From a virus (taxonomy: Duplodnaviria; Heunggongvirae; Uroviricota; Caudoviricetes): a stretch of DNA of 13,408 bases. The translations under genes were made by a program, and so were the position numbers. Location of the stretch: the IMG/VR virus record IMGVR_UViG_2700989274_000003; one strand, given 5' to 3'. Positions 7,429 through 12,811 of this stretch are shown here, piece by piece (within the stretch, counting starts at the first letter, position 1; each line of letters opens with the position of its first letter). Under the pieces are notes generated by a model. It ran no database searches and was not told where the DNA came from. It saw nothing but the letters and a program-made list of their open reading frames with translations.

Positions 7429-8499
7429 ATGGCTAACGCCTGGCTCAGATTATGGCATGACATGCCAAATGACCCTAAGTGGCGAACAATTGCCAGGGTG
7501 TCAGGGCAGCCAATTGCAACAGTGATGGCAGTGTATATCCACCTCCTGGTGAGCGCGTCACGAAATGTCACGCGAGGTCACATTGATGTCACGACAGAAG
7601 ATTTGGCAAGTGCGCTCGACGTGACAGAAGAGGTAATTGATTCAATTTTGCAGACGATGCAGGGGCGGGTACTTGATGGTGATTTAATCACTGGATGGGA
7701 AAAACGCCAGGTGCTGAAAGAGGACAACGGCAATATTTCGCAAACCGCAAAATCTCCGGCAGAGCGCAAGAGGGCGCAGCGAGAGAGGGAAAGAAAGCGG
7801 GAACAAAATGGCGATTGTCACGGCGCGTCACGAAATGTCACGCACATGTCACGACGAGTCACGACAGATAAAGATACAGATAAAGATACAGATCAAGAAG
7901 ATCAAAACACTATGGTCCATGGCGTAAAAAACGCCACGAACCAGGCAGGGGATGTTCAGACCGTCAATCCTGGTCAGCCAGCAGGCACGACACCGGAAGC
8001 CGATTCAGCGTATGCGCTGAAAGCCGATTCGGGCGCTGTGCAGCAGGTGATGACCCCAAGGCCGGAGCAATCACACCAACTGCAGCAGCCTGAAGCCGAT
8101 TCCGCCATTCAGCGGGAAGCCGATCGGGTAGTCCCGGAAAACACCGGGCTGTCTGTGGGACGAGTGGATTATCCGGATGTGTTCGAACAGGTCTGGCGGG
8201 AGTACCCGTTGCGTGCCGGAGCAAACCCGAAGAAATCCGCTTTCAGTGCCTGGAAGGCCAGATTACGCGAGGGGGTGCCACCAGAGGCCATGCTGGATGG
8301 CGTGAGGCGTTACGCAAGATACTTGGCGGCTACCGGGAAAACGGGAACGGAATTTGTTCAGCGAGCGACGACGTTTTTTGGACCGGACCGGAATTTTGAG
8401 AACCCCTGGTTGCTCCCGGTAAGCGGCACGAACAACCAGCGTTGTGTGAATCATATTTCTGAACCGGATACCGAAATTCCACCGGGCTTCAGGGGGTAA
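7429..8499 (+). CDS. Phage replication initiation protein (O-like), containing intragenic origin iterons
   Basis: ORF 7423..8499; ATG 7429 (MANAWLRLW...) is preceded by GAGGTG SD. It occupies the O-gene position after cro/cII-like genes and carries iteron arrays plus an AT-rich tract internally, as lambda O carries ori-lambda. The central linker is low-complexity (EADS repeats, KRAQRERERKRE). Confidence 0.7.
   Translation: MANAWLRLWHDMPNDPKWRTIARVSGQPIATVMAVYIHLLVSASRNVTRGHIDVTTEDLASALDVTEEVIDSILQTMQGRVLDGDLITGWEKRQVLKEDNGNISQTAKSPAERKRAQRERERKREQNGDCHGASRNVTHMSRRVTTDKDTDKDTDQEDQNTMVHGVKNATNQAGDVQTVNPGQPAGTTPEADSAYALKADSGAVQQVMTPRPEQSHQLQQPEADSAIQREADRVVPENTGLSVGRVDYPDVFEQVWREYPLRAGANPKKSAFSAWKARLREGVPPEAMLDGVRRYARYLAATGKTGTEFVQRATTFFGPDRNFENPWLLPVSGTNNQRCVNHISEPDTEIPPGFRG
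7553..7593. repeat. Iteron cluster 1: four GTCAC(G/A) repeats phased at 10-11 bp
   Basis: GTCACG at 7557, 7567 and 7588, and GTCACA at 7577. A 21-bp segment GCGCGTCACGAAATGTCACGC (7553-7573) is identical to 7824-7844. Confidence 0.6.
7817..7910. repeat. Iteron cluster 2 (five GTCACG repeats at 10-11 bp phasing) followed by AT-rich tract with 12-bp tandem duplication; putative replication origin
   Basis: GTCACG at 7817, 7827, 7837, 7848 and 7858. This is followed by GATAAAGATACA x2 (7867-7890) and the A/T-rich GATCAAGAAGATCAAAACAC. The iteron-then-AT-rich layout matches lambda-type ori. Confidence 0.6.
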
Positions 8500-8539
8500 G
8501 TGTTGATTTCTGGTCATGAGGTAATTTTCAGGAGGGCTT

Positions 8540-8962
8540 GTGGCAAAAGTTTTTACACAAGAAGAGCGAGAAAAAATTAAAGGGCAGGTTGTTGAACTCG
8601 TACGCCAGAGTGGGCGTGAGACGTTACGGCAACTGGAAGTCAAGACAGGTGCGACAAGATATCTGATGAGCGTTCTCGCAAGAGAGCTGGTTGCCAGCGG
8701 CGATGTATACAACTCCGGCTACGGGTTATTCCCCTCTGAACAGGCGCGTAAGGACTGGCAAAACGCCCGCAAAAAACTCTCGAGGGCAAAGGTGAAGAAA
8801 CCTGCTGTGGTTGATCCGGACCTTATCTGGTCATCACCTGACGGAGAAATACGTCGCTACGACAGTCGCCTAAACATAATCTGTCGCGAGTGCCGGAAGA
8901 GTGAAGCTATGCAGCGTGTACTGGCTTTCTATCAGGGTAATTTTCAGGAGGCGGTACTGTGA
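8540..8962 (+). CDS. Hypothetical protein (140 aa)
   Basis: GTG start 8540 with AGGAGG SD (8530-8535). The 16-bp RBS segment GGTAATTTTCAGGAGG is repeated exactly before the next gene. No family recognised. Confidence 0.6.
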   Translation: MAKVFTQEEREKIKGQVVELVRQSGRETLRQLEVKTGATRYLMSVLARELVASGDVYNSGYGLFPSEQARKDWQNARKKLSRAKVKKPAVVDPDLIWSSPDGEIRRYDSRLNIICRECRKSEAMQRVLAFYQGNFQEAVL

Positions 8963-9376
8963 GTGAAATTAGCTATCAGGCTTCAATTACCGCTGGCATT
9001 CGCATCAAAGGAGAGGAGCATGGAAATAAAACCAGAGGATGAGTTAAGCAATATCGTTTTATTTCCGGTAAAAGAGGATGACCCTCGTAATCAGGTTAAT
9101 TTTCTTTATGAGCCATCGGAAAGACCATATTGTCATCACGCCTCTGTCCGGGTTGACGAAAAAGAGCGTCAGGTCCGCTGTAAAATCTGCGGTGCAGTTG
9201 TGGAGCCATTTGACTGGATGCTCTCTGTGGCGAAAAGAGAAACCAGACTGGCAGATGATGTAAGGCTCTTGCGTCAGGAGGAGCGGGAAAGGCGAAAAAA
9301 TATAGAAAAGCTAATTCAGATTGAGCGTAACGCGAAAGCGCGGATACGCAGGGCGACAAAATCCAGAACTGAATAA
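8963..9376 (+). CDS. Hypothetical protein with CHH...CxxC putative zinc-binding motif and C-terminal basic coiled coil (alternative start ATG 9020)
   Basis: ORF 8963..9376. GTG 8963 follows the repeated AGGAGG segment; ATG 9020 has a strong GGAGAGGAG SD. Motif YCHHASVRVDEKERQVRCKICG, then LLRQEERERRKNIEKLIQIERNAKARIRR. Confidence 0.6.
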   Translation: MKLAIRLQLPLAFASKERSMEIKPEDELSNIVLFPVKEDDPRNQVNFLYEPSERPYCHHASVRVDEKERQVRCKICGAVVEPFDWMLSVAKRETRLADDVRLLRQEERERRKNIEKLIQIERNAKARIRRATKSRTE

Positions 9377-9469
9377 TTAAATTTAGCTCTGTTAAAAATT
9401 TAATCCTTAACCGGAGGGATTTCTGCACCCTCAGAACATCAGGAGGCCGCCCGAAAGGGCGGTAGTTAA

Positions 9470-9652
9470 ATGCGAAAGTTTAAAATAATTATTGAAACGG
9501 GAATAGCCGGTGGAGATTTCGAGGATGAATTCGAAGTGGATGATGATGCGACGCCTGATGAAATACATGACGAAGCAAAAGATATTTTCTTTAACTACTG
9601 CAATTACTCATATCACGAAATAAAAGACGAAGAGGAAGAACAAAATGGCTGA
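9470..9652 (+). CDS. Small highly acidic protein (60 aa)
   Basis: Product MRKFKIIIETGIAGGDFEDEFEVDDDATPDEIHDEAKD...KDEEEEQNG. AGGAGG (9441-9446) is separated from the ATG by a GC hairpin with a GAAA loop (9447-9462). Overlaps the next ORF by 8 nt. Confidence 0.5.
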   Translation: MRKFKIIIETGIAGGDFEDEFEVDDDATPDEIHDEAKDIFFNYCNYSYHEIKDEEEEQNG

Positions 9653-9821
9653 TTTTGGTTCAACTAAATACAACGTCAGTTTTGAAGAATGGCATGAACT
9701 GTTAATGGACTATGCAGAGTTACGTGGTGGCAGTGCTGCTGATGCTGAAGCATGGCGTGATGATTATGAAGCAGGAAAAACTCCGGTCGAAGCATATTGT
9801 GATGAGTGGGGCGATGAATGA
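9645..9821 (+). CDS. Small acidic protein (58 aa; MADFGSTKYNVSFEEWHELLMDYAELRGGSAADAEAWRDDYEAGKTPVEAYCDEWGDE), not in supplied ORF track
   Basis: Hand-translated. ATG 9645 with GAGGA SD about 8 nt upstream. Overlaps the upstream gene (ATGGCTGA) and the downstream gene (ATGA at 9818-9821). Confidence 0.5.
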   Translation: MADFGSTKYNVSFEEWHELLMDYAELRGGSAADAEAWRDDYEAGKTPVEAYCDEWGDE

Positions 9822-10134
9822 GCGAGGTTAATTATCAGGAAGGGCATGAAACGGCGGGGCAAGCAAAAACAGTGGCATGGCGATATCGCTACGTGAAAAA
9901 AAAGGCGTTACGGACTTTCAGGGGAAGTAGTGGTCTGGTGACTGGAAATATGTACCGAAAAAAGAGGATTGTAACGACAGGCCGAACTATGAAATTCAGG
10001 CCTTATTCACTGCCCCGCCAGTCCCGGTTACATCAGAAGAACTGGTTAAAGCTGTGCACTTTTATGAACAACTAAAACGCGAAAATCCACCAGCATCCGG
10101 AAACCTGATTACAGATTCCCAGATAAGGCAATGA
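9818..10134 (+). CDS. Hypothetical gene with frame discontinuity: frame A (9818...) carries two in-frame A AAA AAG heptamers; the protein-like downstream frame (9931..10134) is the -1 frame and has no start codon
   Basis: ATG 9818 is coupled to the upstream gene. Frame A after 9905 is R/K-rich and looks out-of-frame. The -1 frame 9931-10134 (…KEDCNDRPNYEIQALFTAPPVPVTSEELVKAVHFYEQLKRENPP…) looks protein-like but opens directly after a TAG (9928-9930) with no ATG/GTG/TTG. Heptamers at 9898-9904 and 9958-9964. Confidence 0.35.
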
Positions 10135-10230
10135 GCTACCTGGCGCAGAACGGGCTGATAAGTATGGGGAATGTTTTACGATGAATATTTAGACTAAAGA
10201 GTTTGTAACGCTATGTAAGTGATTTTTTCT

Positions 10231-10258
10231 GGTTTAGATATTTATATGTCCGGCCAAA
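10231..10258. repeat. Imperfect direct repeat copy 1 (GGTTTAG..ATATTTA..TGTCCGG..CAAA) upstream of the small membrane-protein gene
   Basis: Roughly 80% identical to 10502-10533 by eye, with indels. The two copies bracket the 59-aa gene. Confidence 0.4.
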
Positions 10259-10304
10259 TTGAGGTGTGTTTAAATGTAATTGCACATTGATTGTAGGAGG
10301 AATA

Positions 10305-10484
10305 ATGAAAAACGCATTGCAGTTTTTGTTTGTTGCGTTCTGGTTGTTCGTATCATGTATGCCCATCATCTTCACAGCAAGGTATATGGAAAAAGTTGAT
10401 GTTTTGATATTAATATTTGGATATATAAATGCCCTTTTTTTAGGGGTGTTCATGGCGGTCATGTGCATTGAATACTGGCGGTAA
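10305..10484 (+). CDS. Small hydrophobic protein, two predicted TM helices (59 aa), in AT-rich island
   Basis: ATG 10305 with AGGAGG SD (10295-10300). Product MKNALQFLFVAFWLFVSCMPIIFTARYMEKVDVLILIFGYINALFLGVFMAVMCIEYWR. Surrounding DNA (about 10140-10560) is markedly AT-rich. ORF track start 10266 has no RBS. Confidence 0.55.
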   Translation: MKNALQFLFVAFWLFVSCMPIIFTARYMEKVDVLILIFGYINALFLGVFMAVMCIEYWR

Positions 10485-10501
10485 ATACAGCGAACGCCAT
10501 T

Positions 10502-10533
10502 GGTTTAGTTGGATATTTACTGTGCCGGACAAA
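10502..10533. repeat. Imperfect direct repeat copy 2, immediately upstream of the hok promoter region
   Basis: GGTTTAGTTGGATATTTACTGTGCCGGACAAA, compared by eye with 10231-10258. Confidence 0.4.
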
Positions 10534-10538
10534 AACGG

Positions 10539-10567
10539 TTTGCGGGGAAATCTTAGTTAAGTAGAAT
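10539..10567 (+). promoter_or_regulatory. Candidate hok mRNA promoter (-10 TAGAAT at 10562-10567, weak -35 about 10539-10545)
   Basis: TAGAAT lies about 7 nt upstream of the 5' fold-back element (10572-10585), where the hok mRNA 5' end is expected. Confidence 0.35.
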
Positions 10568-10629
10568 GACTGCGGGTGCTTGAGGCTATCTGTCTCAGGC
10601 ATGAACACCAAAAGGCAGATAGAGAAAAG

Positions 10630-10694
10630 CCCCAGTTAACATTACGCGTCCTGCAAGACGCTTAACATTAATCTGAGGCCATATCTATGCGACA
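10630..10694 (-). ncRNA. sok: Predicted Sok-like antisense RNA (coordinates approximate)
   Basis: Minus-strand sigma70-like promoter: -35 TTGACC (plus 10724-10729), 16-bp spacer, -10 GCTAAT (plus 10702-10707). The transcript would be antisense to the mok SD (GAGG 10675-10678) and start codon (10687). The 3' end is not defined; no clean terminator was found by eye. Confidence 0.3.
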
Positions 10695-10746
10695 CATAGA
10701 GATTAGCCTCTTACGGACCGAAAGGTCAAGGAGAAGCAGGCTATGA
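10687..10746 (+). CDS. mok: mok-like upstream reading frame (19 codons) translationally coupled to hok
   Basis: ATG 10687 with GAGG SD 8 nt upstream. Stop TGA at 10744-10746 overlaps the hok ATG 10743-10745 (ATGA). Much shorter than R1 mok. Confidence 0.4.
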   Translation: MRHIEISLLRTERSRRSRL

Positions 10747-10898
10747 AGCAGCAAAAGGCGATGTTAATCGCCCTGATCGTCATCTGTTTAACCGTCATAG
10801 TGACGGCACTGGTAACGAGGAAAGACCTCTGCGAGGTACGAATCCGAACCGGCCAGACGGAGGTCGCTGTCTTCACAGCTTACGAACCTGAGGAGTAA
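10743..10898 (+). CDS. hok: Hok/Gef-family type I toxin (51 aa), HokD/RelF-like
   Basis: Product MKQQKAMLIALIVICLTVIVTALVTRKDLCEVRIRTGQTEVAVFTAYEPEE. Single N-terminal TM helix and the conserved TRKxLCE...EVAxFxAYE Hok signature. AGGAG SD 9 nt upstream. Confidence 0.9.
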   Translation: MKQQKAMLIALIVICLTVIVTALVTRKDLCEVRIRTGQTEVAVFTAYEPEE

Positions 10899-10966
10899 GA
10901 GACCTGGCGGGGGAGAAATCCCTCGCCACCTCTGATGTGTCAGGCATCCTCAACGCACCCGCACGT

Positions 10967-10995
10967 AACCCGCTTCGGCGGGTTTTGTTTTTTCC
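10967..10995 (+). terminator. Rho-independent terminator of hok mRNA (stem AACCCGC/GCGGGTT, UUCG loop, T-rich tail)
   Basis: AACCCGC-TTCG-GCGGGTT followed by TTGTTTTTT. It lies directly after the 3' fold-back element (10948-10962). Confidence 0.7.
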
Positions 10996-11065
10996 TGGCA
11001 TTCTGGTTTACAATTCGCACGCCAGCCTGAACAACTGGCACCTGCTGCGCCAGCAGAGACAACCG

Positions 11066-11344
11066 ATGGCGCACGATACCAAATTACACAATTCTAATGA
11101 TTCTGCCGTCTTTGCCAGTAGGTGCGGACGGCGTTTTCACGCATTCAAATCAGACTGGTTCCAGCATCCTCCATGCACTGAAGAGCAGGCGGAATGGATA
11201 ATTCAGTGTTACCGCAGGCGCGGATACGAGGTTAAGAAAGCTCTTAGCCTCGACTACCGTCACTGGATAATCTCAGTCAGACTCCCTTACTCCGAACGCC
11301 CACCGCGTTCATCCCGCACATACCAGCAACGGATCTGGAGGTAA
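11066..11344 (+). CDS. rem: Rem-like small protein (Qin-prophage rem position, between hok and ydfU)
   Basis: ORF 10937..11344; ATG 11066 (MAHDTKLHNS...) is the first start outside the hok terminator. Synteny hok-rem-ydfU-Q matches my recollection of K-12 Qin. The protein-level match is from memory, not searched. Confidence 0.5.
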   Translation: MAHDTKLHNSNDSAVFASRCGRRFHAFKSDWFQHPPCTEEQAEWIIQCYRRRGYEVKKALSLDYRHWIISVRLPYSERPPRSSRTYQQRIWR

Positions 11345-11345
11345 C

Positions 11346-12395
11346 GTGCGGGTATTACTTCGACCTGTTCTGGTACCGGAACTCGGGGTGGTGATCGTTA
11401 AGCCGGGCCGTGAATCCATGCCGGTATTCCACAATACCCGGGTACTGGTGGAGCCGGAACCGAAAAGCATGCGTAATCTGCCGTCCGGGGTCGTTCCTGC
11501 CGTTCGCCAGCCGCTGGTGGAAGACAAAACATTGCTGCCGTTTTTCAGTAACGCACGGGTGATTCGTGCTGCTGGTGGTGCTGGTGCATTGTCTGACTGG
11601 CTGTTGCGCCATATTAAATCCTGCCAGTGGCCACACGGCGATTATCACCACAGTGAAACCGTCATTCACCGTTATGGTACCGGCGCAATGGTGTTGTGCT
11701 GGCACTGCGACAACCAGCTGCGTGACCAGACATCCGAATCACTCGAGCAACTTGCTCATCAAAACCTGTCAGCATGGATGATTGACGTCATCGGTCACGC
11801 AATAAGCGGTACGCAGGAGCGTGAATTATCTCTGGCTGAATTATCCTGGTGGGCGGTCCGAAATCAGGTGGCGGATGCGCTACCTGAAGCGGTATTACGT
11901 CGCTCGCTGGGATTACCAGCGGAAAAAATCCGCTCAATGTACCGCGAAAGCGACATCGTACCGGGAGAGCAGACCGCCACCAGCATATTGAAACAGCGCA
12001 CAAAAAATCTTGCACTGTTGCCTCACGCCCACCAGGAACAACACCCACTACAGGAAAGGACGGTGGTAAGCATCACCGTTGATCCTGAGTCTCCGGAATC
12101 TTTCATGAAGCTACCTAAACGTCGCCGCTGGGTTAAGGAGAAATACACTCGCTGGGTGAAGACACAGCCGTGTGCTTGCTGCGGTATGCCAGCCGACGAT
12201 CCGCATCATCTGATTGGTCACGGGCAGGGCGGAATGGGAACCAAAGCACATGATCTTTTTGTGTTGCCTTTATGCAGAAAGCATCACGACGAACTGCATA
12301 CGGATACCGTGGCATTTGAAGAGAAGTATGGCTCCCAACTGGAGCTGATTTTTCGATTTATCGATCACGCGCTGGCAATTGGTGTGCTGGCCTAA
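11346..12395 (+). CDS. ydfU: YdfU-like DUF968 protein with C-terminal HNH-like CxxC..HH..C..HH motif
   Basis: 349-aa ORF with GTG start 11346 and GGAGG SD 5 nt upstream. Same length and position as Qin ydfU. C-terminus PCACCGMPADDPHHLIGHGQGGMGTKAHDLFVLPLCRKHHDELH resembles HNH endonuclease metal-binding signatures. Confidence 0.75.
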   Translation: MRVLLRPVLVPELGVVIVKPGRESMPVFHNTRVLVEPEPKSMRNLPSGVVPAVRQPLVEDKTLLPFFSNARVIRAAGGAGALSDWLLRHIKSCQWPHGDYHHSETVIHRYGTGAMVLCWHCDNQLRDQTSESLEQLAHQNLSAWMIDVIGHAISGTQERELSLAELSWWAVRNQVADALPEAVLRRSLGLPAEKIRSMYRESDIVPGEQTATSILKQRTKNLALLPHAHQEQHPLQERTVVSITVDPESPESFMKLPKRRRWVKEKYTRWVKTQPCACCGMPADDPHHLIGHGQGGMGTKAHDLFVLPLCRKHHDELHTDTVAFEEKYGSQLELIFRFIDHALAIGVLA

Positions 12396-12411
12396 TTTTG
12401 TGGAGTAAGTT

Positions 12412-12459
12412 GATGCGTGATATTCAGATGGTTCTTGAGCGTTGGGGAGCGTGGGCGGC
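12412..12459 (+). CDS. Antiterminator Q (phage 82/Qin QuuQ-like), 5' fragment only (16 codons) truncated by N gap
   Basis: ATG 12412 with GGAG SD 7 nt upstream. MRDIQMVLERWGAWAA matches the N-terminus of 82-type Q proteins as I recall them. The reading frame runs into the N run. Confidence 0.55.
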
Positions 12460-12469
12460 NNNNNNNNNN
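12460..12469. other. Run of 10 N (assembly or scaffold gap of unknown true length)
   Basis: nnnnnnnnnn in the sequence. The flanks differ sharply in GC content and gene content. Confidence 0.99.
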
Positions 12470-12628
12470 ATATGTACAGGCTCGCACCTGGGCTTGCCTG
12501 ACTGACCGCAGGCCGGCGACGACAAGGTGGAAAAGTTCGGCGTGTGGCTCTGGCGGCAACGATCCCGCGAAGGGCGGACGGTGCTTGAGCTGTTGAACGT
12601 AAGCATGCGGGCAAACCATCTTGCGCGA

Positions 12629-12790
12629 CTATGCCGGATGCCACCTATGCGGCAGCAGCTCTGCAATCTCACTAGCTCGCTGCGTCGGCAACCGTCTCAG
12701 CACATCCTTGAGATAGGCATACGGATCGTGCCCATTATTACGGGCCGACTGGATCAAACTCATGATCGCAGCAGCGCGCTTGAGCATGCG
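12629..12790 (-). pseudogene. IS66 transposase (TnpC) C-terminal fragment
   Basis: C-terminus ...RAAAIMSLIQSARNNGHDPYAYLKDVLRRLPTQRASEIAELLPHRWHPA resembles IS66 TnpC C-termini. The upstream part of ORF 12629..13408 is low-complexity and not transposase-like. Confidence 0.5.
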
Positions 12791-12811
12791 AACCCGCGCC
12801 GAGCATTTGAG

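Noticed and set aside
7553-7863. Possibility that the GTCACG repeat clusters are a CRISPR array
   Set aside because: The repeats are 6 bp at 10-11 bp spacing inside a coding sequence with no spacer structure. They fit replication iterons, not CRISPR.
7964-8712. Minus-strand ORFs 7964..8224 and 8263..8712 overlapping the replication gene
   Set aside because: Antisense shadow ORFs with Pro/Arg-rich products and no RBS.
9447-9462. The GC hairpin before ATG 9470 as a rho-independent terminator
   Set aside because: No U tract follows the stem, and it sits between an SD and a start codon. Treated as a possible translational or regulatory structure instead.
9896-9930. Single-base indel in the A8 run (9896-9903) as a simple explanation of the frame problem
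   Set aside because: Adding or removing one A leads to a stop within 8-13 codons (TAG 9928 or TGA 9939). A homopolymer error at this run alone cannot join the N-terminal frame to the downstream protein-like frame.
10211-10468. 85-aa minus-strand ORF overlapping the 2-TM gene
   Set aside because: Antisense ORF in AT-rich DNA with an Asn/Lys/Ile-rich product. The plus-strand gene has a strong RBS and coherent hydrophobic helices.
10937-11065. N-terminal extension of the rem-like ORF (MSGILNAP...)
   Set aside because: The extension would be translated through the hok 3' fold-back element and intrinsic terminator. The first ATG after the terminator (11066) is the more plausible start.
12270-12672. 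Three minus-strand ORFs spanning the N run
   Set aside because: They read through undefined bases and across a compositional boundary. Artefacts of the gap.
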